A stretch of 64,000 bases of DNA from Sphaerodactylus townsendi (lineage: Eukaryota): positions 98,890,001 to 98,954,000 of the forward strand of contig NC_059429.1 in NCBI RefSeq assembly GCF_021028975.2, read 5' to 3'. The notes below the pieces were generated by a model. The model did not search any database. It was not told the DNA's origin and worked only from the letters and a program-made list of their open reading frames with translations. The position numbers and the translations under genes are program-made. Positions 49,522 through 60,975 of the stretch are shown here, piece by piece; position 1 is the first letter of the stretch, and each line of letters begins with the position of its first letter.

Positions 49522-49981
49522 AAGAAAATGAAGATTGTGGATTTATATCCCACCTTTCTCTCCTGTAAGGAGGCTCAAGGTGGCTTACAAGCTCCTTCCC
49601 CTTCCTCTCCCCAGAATGGACACTTTATGAGGTAGGTGGGGCTGAGAGTTCCAAAGAAATGTGACTAGCCCAAGGTCACCCAGCAGGAATTTAGGAGTGC
49701 AGAAACACATCTGGTTCACCAGATAAGCCTCTGCCACTCAGGTGGAGGAGTGGAGAATCAAACCCAGTTCTCCAGATTAGAATCCACCTGCTCTTAACCA
49801 CTACACCAGTGGTTCTCAACCTTCCTAATGCCGCGACCCTTTAATACAGTATCTCACGTTGTGGTGACCTCCAATCCATTTTACAGATGGAGAACACTGC
49901 TGCAGAGAGTCTTAGGCGACCCCTATGAAAAGGTTGTTTGACCCCCAGGTTGAGAACCACAGCACTACACCACGCTGGCTT
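49522..49981 (-). mobile_element. Squam3-type SINE interrupted in its A-box by a SPIN-like MITE
   Basis: SINE body 49522-49806; head resumes at 49963. Confidence 0.85.
49807..49962 (+). mobile_element. SPIN/URR1-like non-autonomous hAT element, 156 bp
   Basis: 5' end CAGTGGTTCTCAACCTTCCTAATGCCGCGACCCTTTAATACAGT, 3' end CAGGTTGAGAACCACAG; perfect 8-bp TSD CACTACAC (49799-49806, 49963-49970). Confidence 0.88.
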
Positions 49982-50863
49982 CTTTGGAGCACTGGGCTGT
50001 CCCTGTAACTGTGCCTGATGATATTTATATATCAGCAGTGACTCTCCAGGGCCTTGGGTGCAGGTCCTTCACAACACTTACTACCTGATCAATAACATAT
50101 AATGAAATTTGGGTGGTTCTTTTATACTATTGTGGAGAAAGGAAGAGATGCTCTAACAAACTGGACCTGGGAGCCAGTCTTTGCATCAGTGTGAACTCAT
50201 CAGCTGCAGCCTTGCATCAGCTCTGTTGCCAATTCTATGAACTGGTGCAACAGATCATAAAATTCCATTCTGACAATGAAACAAGTTCCAAAGAATTATG
50301 GTCCTAGTAGAACAGTTCAAATACTTTTAAAGAATTATTTAGACAGAATTTTGAGCCCACCTCTTCCTGCTGAATAAAAGAACTAAACTGTATTTTACAC
50401 ATGTTAATAAATCCAGCACAATTGGGAAATTCCCAAGCATTTGGTGCTTCAACAAGTTACTGCAAAAGAGTCCCCAGGGGAGGAGATGGCAAGTTTATAG
50501 AACTGTTTAAAAGCAGCATAAACTCAAACTAGAGGTTTTCTCCCTCTCCACCTAGTTTATTTTCAACCTGAGCCATACAGTACGGACTAGGCAAGTGGTG
50601 AGTCTTGGTGCTTGTTTCGAGAGCTACAATTTCCACAGCCCAATGTGCCTCACGTGTATGATGCAACGGTGCGTACATTCAGACTCTCAATAAGGAAGGT
50701 TATTCTGAGTATACGTCTTAGTTAAGGTTAAAATAGTCAGCCCCTCTGTTTACCTGGTCTATGCACAAATCCCAGCAAGAAGTAGGCATTTTGCTATCTG
50801 CCAGATGTTGGTGCACCCTCCCCCAAGAAGATCATAGTTCACAAACGAAGGTTAATCTGAAGG

Positions 50864-51047
50864 TATTGTCGAAGGCTTTCACGGCCGGAATCACTGGGGT
50901 GTTGTGTGGTTTCTGGGCTGTACGGCCGTGTGTTCTAGTAGCATTTTCTCCTGACCTTTCGCCTGCATCTTTTGAAGATGCCAGGCACAGATGAAGGTGA
51001 AAAGCCAGGAGAAAATGCTACTAGAACGGAAACCACCCAACACCCCA
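50864..51047 (-). mobile_element. Short Penelope-like insertion with inverted arm (hairpin)
   Basis: Arms GTTCTAGTAGCATTTTCTCCTG / CAGGAGAAAATGCTACTAGAAC; 12-bp TSD TTAATCTGAAGG (50852-50863, 51048-51059). Confidence 0.78.
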
Positions 51048-51321
51048 TTAATCTGAAGGCCTCTTCACTTTCCCAGATACTTAGAATTTATGCCCCATTC
51101 AGCCTCTCTTGGAGTCACGGGGATGTGGGCAGCGACCTCACCCCAAACTCCCAAGAGGAATGAATGGCCGACCGGCTGTCCCGCTCCTCCTCAAGGTCAA
51201 TTTCCCCAGGCAGGGAGAGGACAAGGAAAGCAACGTGGGACTCGTCACCTGTGGCAGCCCCGGCCTCCTCCCGCCACTGCCTGCCGTAAGAAAAGAGCAC
51301 GAGCGACCCTGGGTGGCTCAC

Positions 51322-51347
51322 CATGGCTCGCGCGCGTACTCCTCCAT
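51322..51347 (-). CDS. TIMM17A: TIMM17A exon 1 coding part (MEEYAREP-C)
   Basis: GCCAAGATGG Kozak context; 26 nt; donor GTGAGC. Confidence 0.97.
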
Positions 51348-51745
51348 CTTGGCCCCCGGCTTCTACTCCGCGTGCGACGTGCTCTACCGGCATTCAGGTC
51401 ACGTGATCGCCGGCTACCCTCGTACCGGCGAGAGAGCAATCATTGGTCGCCGAAGTTCGAGGGCGGAGCCAGTGTTCCATAGCCCGCAAACCATGGAGAT
51501 AATAAGAAAACAATTTAGAGCGGCACATCGAGCCCAAACTTCCGGTACAGTTGAAAGCTGCCAATGGTCAGGTCTTTTAAAGACGTGGTTTCTCTGTGTC
51601 TTTATGGTTGCAAACTCCCCGTTGGAAGTTTGTAGGAAAAGCTGTTCTGCTTTAGACCGGAATTGGTCGGAACGGTGTTTGAATCTAAAGTAAACCCGGA
51701 TTCCGCTTCCGTGATTCAGAGCTCCCGCGAGTGTAGTTTCTTGCC
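51348..51745 (-). promoter_or_regulatory. TIMM17A: CpG-island promoter and 5' UTR of TIMM17A
   Basis: CpG-rich; YY1-like AAGATGG over the ATG; E-box CACGTG 51400-51405; CCAAT boxes 51442-51446 and 51561-51565; GC box 51461-51466; ETS/GABP ACTTCCGG 51538-51545. Confidence 0.85.
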
Positions 51746-51750
51746 TGCAT

Positions 51751-51842
51751 CTGGTGAAGTGAACTCTGACTCTCGAAAGCTTCCGCTGGAATCAGTTTTC
51801 TTACTCTAAAGTGCAACCGGACTCTTGGTTTATTTTGCTGCA
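51751..51842 (+). mobile_element. Penelope-like terminal remnant with degenerate hammerhead core
   Basis: CTGGTGA-AGTGAACTCTGACTCTC-GAAA-GCTT followed by the family-like tail ...GGACTCTTGGTTTATTTTGCTG. Confidence 0.55.
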
Positions 51843-52282
51843 GCGTAAATTATCCTTTCCTGCTTTAATAACTGTTTATTAATTTTCACAATATATTTAA
51901 CAGACATAGAAAAAGATACTTCACAACAGAAAAGACATCTATCCAAGACTGTATTAATATAATCATTGCATAATGGATCCCAGTATTACAATCTAATATC
52001 AGAGAAATCATCAGGAAATCTTCAAGTCACTGTCTTCTGTCCACCAGATCTAAAACGCCTTTGCTGGTGAGTTTCTTTTATCTTAATCGTTATCAAATTA
52101 TTAAGCCTCAAAATAAGAAATAGCCGTGCGGCCCCCCACTGGCTGATTTTTTTTTCAGAAGTGCCAGTAGTGGCATGAGTGAAGCAAGATTCCTTCTCTA
52201 GTCCCTTTCCTAACATCTTGGAGGTGGGCTGCAGAGTGACTTTTCTTCTGTCTAGAAGAAATGGCAGGCACAAGCTATCAGA

Positions 52283-52558
52283 GGGCCTTTCCCCACTTAC
52301 CTTAAGCCCCGTGCTACTCTCCTCAAGTAGCGCGGGGTCCCCCGGCACTCCCCATTACAGGGGCGGCGACAGTGCAGCCGCCACGACGCTGTCGCGCCCC
52401 CTCAGCGCGCAGCATCCCTGGCACTCTTGTAAACGGTGCTTTTTGATGACCCTGCGCAGACCGCGGGGTCGTGGGAACACCCGGGCGCACACCAGAAATG
52501 ACATGTGCTGAGAGCAGCGCGTGGCATAGGGGGGATTATGGTGAGTGGGGAAACGCCC
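52283..52558. mobile_element. GC-rich PIF/Harbinger-type MITE, 276 bp
   Basis: TIR GGGCCTTTCCCCACTTACC / GGTGAGTGGGGAAACGCCC (17 of 19 match); 3-bp TSD AGA; three internal hairpins. Confidence 0.82.
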
Positions 52559-54678
52559 AGAGTCATCTCTTTCCATAAGCTGCTGCTGATTCGGGGCCTC
52601 AAGAGACAGCTTGCACCACTTGGATAATCAGTTGGCCCAGAAAACGGGCTGGACCTCTCCTTTGCAGCTGCCGCCTGCACAGGAGCTGAAGCGAGGGCGA
52701 GGTAACACCAGTGGCATCCCCCACATACTCTCACATAAAACATGCCTATCTTGGCTGCAGATATGAAGGCCCCAAAAAACCCAAACAGTTTGAGAGGGCA
52801 GGAAATAAATTGTCCCCAAGGACTGCACTTTTAAATAGATATTTAAAAATAGGTATTTTGGGGGGCATTGAAATAAACGGGTTTTTCCCCTCTTTTGGAA
52901 TAGATGAGTACTTTTAAAGAAAAGGTTTTACTCAAACTATACTGCGAAGATGTTTGTGTCAGACAACCTACAGCATTAGAGAACAATAAGTCCTTAGTAG
53001 AATGTAGGCATATGGGACATATTTTCAAGCATGTATTTATGTTTAAATGTCACTATGATGTTGTCCACAAAATGCACTATATTGAGTGTGATGTTAATCC
53101 ACTATTAAAGACTTCAAGGATTCAATCTTAAACACACTAAAAAGTATTGAGCTTAAAATAATTTAACACTGAGAAAACATGTTTAGGATTGTATTCTAAA
53201 TGTATCCAAGGGAAGGAAATACCTCACCCCACCCCCACATTTTCTGAGAGTGTTTGTTTTTCCTGTGTGATTTGTATTTACAGCGCAATCCCTTTTAAGG
53301 TTGTCATCCTAAAAACACACTTCTGGGGGTAAGCTACATGGAATAAAATTTTGTTTACTTCTGTGCAGACCTGCTTAAGCTTACTCCCCACGTCTATCGC
53401 AGATTTAGAAGGATATTCTTAGGATTGCACTGCCATTCACTTGTAGAGAGGCTGTCCAATTTGGCCATTATAGCTGAAGGGCATTGTTAGCACAAGATAT
53501 AAACTGCTTTACAGTTTGTGCTGGTGACACAACCCCTTTGATACGGATGATGTTGTTGGTTTTTCCAGTGATGTCACCAAATGAAACCTGAGGCAGAGTT
53601 TTCTGATTGTTGATCATGAGTCCTCTTTTTCGTCAGACGGTGCAACTGCATGAAAAACCCCAATGTCCTGTAGCAACACAGCCTGGAAGTGATGGTTCCC
53701 ACTCCCCCCAAGTTCCTGTGCTAAGCATCTGCAATAAGAGAGGCTGCCAGCAGATGGGGCATATAATCTGTAAAGTTTACATGTAGGAGAGACAGGGCGG
53801 AGGGCAGAGGGAGTGAGCGGCCAGTCTGTGTGAAATTCCAAAGCTCAAGCACTGACAGACAATTCCAGATTTATTAGGCCTGTCCAAAAGTCCTAAAAAG
53901 ATTAGTTCTGCTGCAGTTTTAAAACTTCATTTCCCAATATGTAGGGTAACCAGATATACTAAGACTGCAGAGTTCAATTGTCTTGTAGTGGTAGCACTTG
54001 TGTAGGATAAGAAATGTTCTCAGCACTTCTGCTCTTGGATATGACAAGCCACGCTTTCCAAAACAGCTTCTCCTATATTTTCTTTAAAAGTACAGAAGAC
54101 CTGACTTTTATTGTCTCCCATATAAATGGGCATTTTAGTCTTCATTTGTTGCATAGTGTGATCCTTACAGGTCCTACAGCTTTCTGATCAAAGTTTTTGG
54201 GAGTAACAGACATACTGGACACCCAGTGTGTTCTTTTCTGCTTCGTTATGGTAGTCAGGTTTTAATCCTCAGCATTTAAACCTTCTGAGGAAGCAAGAGA
54301 CGATCGAGCGGCTGCCCTCCTAACAGTTCTTCTCCCGCCTTCTCTTCTCTCTGCTTGCTGTAAATAAGCAATAAGATTCCCATTTTGTCCCATGGTAGGC
54401 AGGAAAGGAAGAAGGGTGAGGGGAATGGTTAAGGAATGAGGCAGGACACACAGCTGTTGCATTCCCTCTCGCTCTATCTGCTACCAAGCAAGCTTATATG
54501 AAGGCAGAGGCAGTGTTCCTTGGTGGTATTTATGTGAGAATATTTATTATTATCATTATTATTTTAAAAACCATGCAATCTTTCTGGTTCCTTCAATGAA
54601 AAAGGAATAAATTGTCGTTCACTCCTAGATGCAAAGGGACACTGGGAGAATAATGAGATAAACACAAACATCAGGGTG

Positions 54679-54680
<2 letters not shown>

Positions 54681-54735
<55 letters not shown>
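54681..54735. repeat. (AC)27 microsatellite
   Basis: Perfect dinucleotide run. Confidence 0.97.
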
Positions 54736-54737
<2 letters not shown>

Positions 54738-55614
54738 GTTAGATTTGGAATTCTATGTCATGTATGTGGTTTTTGTTGGCAGAGTAATTAACACAGCAAG
54801 AGTGCCCATCCTGATTAAAGTGCAGATTAAACTTTATTCAGGAACTGACATACGTATTAGTAACAACAACAGAAAGTATCCTAACTGCATAACTAGCTGA
54901 GAGAGTGTGGAGGGGCTAAGTATGGAACTTCTGAGAAGAAGCAGGATGTTGCCATAAGAGCATCAATCTGGAGACTAAAAAGGAATGACGGTGAACAGCA
55001 GAGAAGGTGCTGATCTCACTATCCTATCTAACTGTCATCTTGCTGCCCCCTGCAGGATCTTCTGTTCTTCTTTATGCGCCAGACATTTCCTATTCCAACA
55101 GTTTTTAAAAGCGGATTCTTCATAGAACAATCTTAAACAGAATTATGCCCTTTCATGTCCATTGACGTAACCAGCCTTAAAAGGGTGAAATTCTGCTTAG
55201 GATGGCACTATTAATGTCAGAGGTAGCGTTGGTTGTTTTATACAGAAATAAACCCAATCGTTTATTTGGTTTCAAAGGAAGACACATTTCTGGGTGTCCT
55301 TCCCCCACCTATTCTATTGGGATGAAATTGCATCCCTTATCCAAGGGCCTCCCCAATGTCAGGTAAAGACCAATGCACATCTCTGTTCTAGAGGTAATGA
55401 ATAATGCCTTCCTGAGCAGAGTTACTTCCTTCTGCATTCATTGAAGTAAATAGTTCTAAAAAGACCTAACCCCACTTAGTATGGTATTGTAAAATTGTTA
55501 CTTGCTGTCCAGTCGACTACTGGCAGGTCTGAATAAGGCCTGACAAAGCCTTCCCCTCCTTTCCTAAGAGCCTCAGCGTGAACAGTCTATCTAACTAACA
55601 GTTGTTGGGCCATT

Positions 55615-56040
55615 TTATTATTTGTTTGTTTGTGTGTTTGTTTGTTTGTTTGTTTGTTTAACTTGGTGTACCGCTCTACCCCGAAAGGGCTTAGAGCGGT
55701 TTACAACATAACCAATAAAACAAACAATAAATAGCATTACAAGCAACATAACCAGATAAATTAAAATCCATTAAAATTCACTAAAATCAGTAGCAACAAC
55801 GTTGCCCACCCATATTTATGGACGGTGTCCGGATATCCGGGAGGAGATCAACAAATTGCCATAGATGGCACGGCTAGATGGTACATGAGGGCATCAATAG
55901 GGGGCGGACAGTCCACGGCTAACCTCCCCAAAGGCCCGGTGGAACAGCTCAGTTTTGCAAGCCCTGCGGAACTCACCAAGGTCCTGCAGAGTCCTAACAG
56001 CTGGTGGAAGAGCATTCCACCAGGCGGGGCCCAGGGCCGT
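55615..56040 (-). mobile_element. L2-type LINE 3' fragment with (GTTT)n tail
   Basis: TACCGCTCTACCCCGAAAGGGCTTAGAGCGGTTTACAA terminus and ORF2-end motif AGCATTCCACCAGGCGGGGC. Confidence 0.7.
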
Positions 56041-56101
56041 AAGAGAAATTCTACTAATTTTAAGAGAAATTCTATAATTTTAAGAGAAATTCCATTAATT
56101 T
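56041..56101. repeat. 20-21 bp tandem repeat, 3 copies
   Basis: AAGAGAAATTCTA(C)TAATTTT repeated at the 5' truncation point of the L2 fragment. Confidence 0.85.
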
Positions 56102-57288
56102 GCTACAATAATGGAGCAACAGATGTGAGGATACAAGCCATGCCTTAATCTTGGCCTCTGCCTCCATACGTTCAGCTTCATATTCAGTTCATCAGGTTTT
56201 TAAAAAACCCTCTCCTCTGTCTTTCTGCGGAGCAGAGAGCTCACTGCATTTCATCATCCATCTCTATGTCTTCCACTCCATCTCTGCAGCCTGCCCTCTT
56301 GCCTGCCAGCTATAGTATTTTCTTCAATCATCTTTATGGTAGGAAGATTGGCAGGTCTAGAGAGCAATCCTGACTAGATCTACACAGATTCCTACTTGGG
56401 TCTTTTCAACGGGACTTATTCTCATAAAAGCGTTAGGATTGTACTGTTAGTCTAGCTGTGGGGAGAGGGGAAATGCCATTTCTCCCACCAAGCCATCCAA
56501 GTGCTTGCTTGGGGCAGCACAGGAAGGAGATGTCAAAACAGCATACAAATTCTCCCAAGATGAGGGGATCTCACAGGGATTCAGGAAGATTTACTGGCTG
56601 TGTGTGGCTTGCTGCCCAATATTGAAAGAAGGATCAAAAGTGGAGGGGCATGCCTCCTCTCTTTCAAAGGGTGAGGAACAAAAGAAAGGAGAGAATGCAG
56701 GAGATCCAAGGGTGCCTTGCCTGAGGATGACAATGCACCTTAAAATGCCCTCAGGGTGAGTTATAACCTTTCTCCCCCTCTTCCATCTGTCACGCCTGTG
56801 TGACTGCCAATGAAACAAAGTATTTCCCCAGTCTTTTTAGGATGCAGACAGCCACAGATGATAAACCACCTCGGGTGAGTAGGACCCTGCTGATATAGAA
56901 GCAGAAAAGCCCTCTCTAAACCAGTAAGATAGCATAGTAGGCAGAAAATAGAAACACTAAGCACAAATACACCAACTGGGACAAACGTATTCGGAGGAAT
57001 TGTTGTAGTTGGGAGATGTTTCTGCCATGTACGTAATCTGCTTATACTGAGTCACTGTCTCCTCTTGCTGCTTAGCCTCTTCTTCTGGGCAGCCCAGAAA
57101 AAGAAACATAGACAACAGACTTCAGAATAAATGTCAAATCCTCAGAGTTTTAATGGTTGTTGAATATTGGAAATAATTTTGATAGCATTAAGAACTTTTC
57201 CATATATTCCTAAATCGGCTACAGTTTGGTTCATGAATGATTTTCCAGCAGCCATACTGGGGGAGGGGGGGCTTCAAATAGTATTATT

Positions 57289-57292
57289 GTCA

Positions 57293-57325
<33 letters not shown>

Positions 57326-57635
57326 TCATCATCATCATCAAATCCACCATGCTAAGTAGCATATCAGGCGACAAGTGCTCTCCAGCATTTCTGGTCTTGG
57401 GCGAGTGTTTCAGCCTCTTCCCGTGCAATATTTAGTGCCTCCAGGTGTTGCGGGGGGGGGGGGGGCGTGTCCTCACTGTCTTTTGGCATCAGGAGGTGTC
57501 CACCTCATTGCCATCTTTGGGATCCGACCGTTCTCCATGTGAAGGACTTGGCAAGCCAGTCAAAGTCTTCTGTGTGCAATGATGGTATGGAGTTTGCACA
57601 TGCTGCTTCTTTGGAGCACCTCTTCATTAGTGATT
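57289..57635 (-). mobile_element. RTE-clade LINE 3' fragment with (GAT)n/(GAC)n tail
   Basis: Minus frame ITNEEVLQRSSMCKLHTIIAHRRL*LACQVLHMENGRIPKMAMRWTPP matches the RTE C-terminal pattern. Confidence 0.75.
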
Positions 57636-58140
57636 CAATAGTATTAAAGTATTAATTTTTTTAAAATGCATATGAGTAGTCTGATTCTATGCAGACTGAT
57701 CGAGTGCTTTTCTGAACTTTTGCATACAATTAGTCTTTGTGCTTTTTAAATGTAACACGTTTTCCAACTCTTCTTCCAAGGAACTTAGAGCACTGTACTG
57801 TACTCTCCTCTTCATGTATCCTCACAACAACCCCGTCAAGAGGGTTAGGCAGAGAGAAAGAGAGTGACCAGCCCAGAATCATCAAACTATCTTCATGGCA
57901 GAGCCGGGATTTAAACCTGGTTATCCCATATCTTACTGTAACAGACCGAATTCCCTCTGAAAATTTAATCTAGATACAACCAAATTTCAAAAGAATTGGC
58001 ACCTTTTCATCCAGGTTCCAACATCCCCACTGCAGCATGTTTCTAGTGAAGACGTCTAGGCCTGCCCCTTGGGGGGGACGGGGTGCCTGCTGCCAGGGGT
58101 GCAATTGTTAAGCAAGCAGCAAAATTTCAGAGACCCTCCT

Positions 58141-58770
58141 GATGATACCACCCAGGTTTGATGAAGTGTGGTTCATGGGGGCCAACGTTATGGCCCCTCA
58201 AATGTGTAGCCTCCATCTCCTATTAGCTCCCATTGGAAACAATGGGGGCACCCCCTTTGGAAGTCCATAGCTCTGGACCCCCTGGACCAAACTTCACAAA
58301 ACATGGGTGGTATCAGTAGGAGACTCTCCTTATGATACCACCCAGGCTTGGTGATGTTTGGTTCATGGGGGCCAAAGTGTAGCCCCCATCTTCTATTAGT
58401 TCCCATTGGAAACAATGGGAGCACCCCCTTTGGGAGTCCATAGCTTTGGACCCCCTGGATCAAACTTCACAAAACATGGATGGTATCAGTAGGAGACTCT
58501 GATGATGATACCACCCAGGCTTGGGGAAGTTTGGTTCATGGGAGTCAAAGTGTAGACCCCATCTCCTGTTAGCTCCCATTGGAAACAGTGGGGGCACCCC
58601 CTTTGGGAGTCCATAGCTTTGGACCCCCTGGACCAAACTTCACAAAACCTGGGTGGTTTCAGTAGGAGACTATGCTGATAATATCACCCAGGTTTGGTGA
58701 AGTTTGGATAATGGGGGTCAAAGTTATGGACCCTCAAATGTGTAGCCCGCTTCTCTTATTAGCTCCCATT
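58141..58770. repeat. Tandem array of about 173-190 bp units, about 3.5 copies
   Basis: ATGATACCACCCAGG-like anchor recurs near 58141, 58331, 58504 and 58677. Confidence 0.9.
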
Positions 58771-58967
58771 GGAGTGTTTTTTTCCCCAAAAAGATGCATA
58801 TACAAGCAGGTCCAGGAAAATCCCGTGATAAGGGGGGTGGGGAGTGCCAGAAATGGAACTGATCTGTGTTCCGCGGTTTGGCAGTGGGGAGATCGCGAGG
58901 AAACCTGGATATTTCGAGTGACTATCACAGGATTAATTGCCAGTGGGAAATTGCCCACATTCTAGCC

Positions 58968-59472
58968 CAGGGGTGTTGAACTCATTTGTTACGAGAGCCA
59001 GATATGACATCAGTGTGACTTGGTTGGGCCAGGGCCAGGAGTGGCATGGTTCCTCAGCCTTCGAGCACACAGCAAGCCCTTCAGCGCAGATCAGCATTGG
59101 GGGGGGGGGTAGCTAACTCAGCTGTCCAGCCCACAAAGGGCTCGCCAGCTCAGAACCTCACTGAGGGAGGTGGTTGGCACTGGGTGGGAGGGGGTTGCCA
59201 CAACTGGCAAGCCCACTACAGACTTACTAGGGCACATTAGCACTGGGAGGGCTGCCGCAGCTGGCAACCTTACAGCAGGCTTACCACCCAGATTGGTGGG
59301 GAAGGGTGGTGGTTCACAAGGCCAGATCAGGAGAGAGGTATGGTGGGTGCCTTGACTGGCCATCCCACAATGGTTCACTGGGCCAGATTGGGAGGGACAG
59401 GTGGCTTGCGGGCCTGTTAAGCCCTCTCAAGGGGCCAAATCCAGCCCCTGAGCTGCATGTTTGACACCCCTG
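58968..59472. mobile_element. Non-autonomous hAT (Charlie-like) element, 505 bp
   Basis: TIR CAGGGGTGTTGAAC / GTTTGACACCCCTG; degenerate TSD TTCTAGCC / CTCTAGCT. Confidence 0.8.
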
Positions 59473-59939
59473 CTCTAGCTACTTCACACACTGGCATAAC
59501 AAGACTGTGTGACTAACTATGATTTGAAAGTGTGAATAAAACGCAGCCCCTTTCTTCTTTTATTTATTTTGTTTAAAGGATGGTATTGAATATCCTTCCT
59601 GTGGAAAACCAGCAACACCCAATGCTCATTTACTTTGAAAAGGAGGGCAGATCATGTACTATAATAAATGGTTAGTAAAAACCGCAAGCATGCTCTGGTC
59701 TCCCATATTATATTGCTGAATAGAGGAGAGAGCTGTTAATTACATGGGTGCTGAATGCAAGACAAACTTTTTCAACATGCAGTTTGGATGCATTTGCTGT
59801 CAGAAATTCAAGCAATTTCTAGACACACCCTATAAACTTTTGTTTTGCTCTCTGAATCTAGGACTTTGCTTGCATGTTCTGGGATTTTGTTTGGTTTGGG
59901 TTTTAGCATGTTTTCTTTCCCATTGCTGTTAAAAAGTTA

Positions 59940-60261
59940 ATGTTCAGGACTAAATTTGGTCATGAAGCTCTTCAAGATTCCCTGGAATGTCCTCAGGTTT
60001 CAAACTCCTCAGATAGGCAGAAGCTCCACCTCCCGCCATGTCTGATTGGTCTAGCTGAGAAAGGATTTGCAGCTGTGTCTTTCATTGGCCAACTGTTCCC
60101 TTCTGCATAACCATTATATTCCAGGCTGTAGGGAAGCTACAGTTGCTTACATTCAACATATCAACACCTCCAAAGGGAAGAAAAGAAGAACTTTATTTCA
60201 CTGGACGCTTTTCACAGAAATCTTGTTGAACTGTTGCTTTTTCTTTACCTTTTTTGTCTAT

Positions 60262-60292
<31 letters not shown>

Positions 60293-60326
60293 CATCTGAG
60301 TTGTACTTCACCAGCAAATTGCCAAG
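59940..60326 (+). promoter_or_regulatory. LMOD1: Putative LMOD1 promoter and 5' UTR
   Basis: CArG-like CTAAATTTGG at 59950-59959 (1 mismatch); MCAT/TEAD GGAATGT at 59984-59990; two reverse CCAAT boxes near 60045 and 60084; (CA)n in the leader. Confidence 0.5.
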
Positions 60327-60566
60327 ATGTCCAGGGTAGCCAAATACAGAAGGCAAGTCAGTGAAGATCCGGATATTGACAACTTATTGTCGACCCTGTC
60401 TCCAGAGGAGATGGAAGAGCTAGAAAAAGAGCTGGATGCATCTGACACAGATGGAAGCCTTCCTGTGGGGCTTGGGCAGAAAGACCAAACTGACAAGCAA
60501 ATGAGTGGGAAGTACAGCCGAGAAAAAGAGCCCAAGAGGAGTTTGCAGAGGGAAAAGGCGGCAGAT
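60327..60566 (+). CDS. LMOD1: Leiomodin-1 coding exon 1 (rest of the gene lies beyond the window)
   Basis: MSRVAKYRRQVSEDPDIDNLLSTLSPEEMEELEKELD is the tropomyosin-binding N-terminus of LMOD1; 240 nt; phase-0 donor GTAAGT; adjacent to TIMM17A as in human. Confidence 0.95.
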
Positions 60567-60961
60567 GTAAGTTATTTCTATTGCCATGGGAAGTGGGATG
60601 GGGAACTTCCACTGCAGAAGAATAGGCTCACATCCTTGATAGGCCACAAAACCCAAGGCAGTGAAGTGGAAAAATCTATGTAAAAAGATGACAATTGTTC
60701 ATCCTAAACAGAGGGTCTTACCATGATAAGGTGCAGCAACACATTAAGATTCAGCATTAAATGCAACAGTCTGAAATGTAAACTCTTCTAAAGAGGAAAG
60801 GGAGACGATCAAAGCATTGGGCTGCAAATTTTGGACTGTTAACTTACTACCTTGCATTGTCACAAATTCTGTCTTGCCTTCCTCATATCTTGAAATATAA
60901 AACACTGTCCATTTCCTGGGTTTTCCCACTTGATGGTCTTACACTCTCTGCACCCTTCTGC

Positions 60962-60975
60962 CCAGCAGGGGGCGC
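60962..60975 (+). promoter_or_regulatory. Candidate CTCF site in LMOD1 intron 1
   Basis: CCAGCAGGGGGCGC matches the CTCF core consensus, with its CpG retained. Confidence 0.55.

Noticed and set aside
51648-51666. TGCTTTAGACCGGAATTGG as an alternative template for the insert at 29309
   Set aside because: Only a 12-nt exact match and 22 kb away; the 18-nt match at 30478 is better.
51090-51693. 130-aa and 194-aa ORFs over the TIMM17A first exon
   Set aside because: Stop-poor GC-rich CpG island; no protein features.
58141-58770. CRISPR-like regular repeats
   Set aside because: Eukaryotic context; whole units repeat with no unique spacers; no cas genes.
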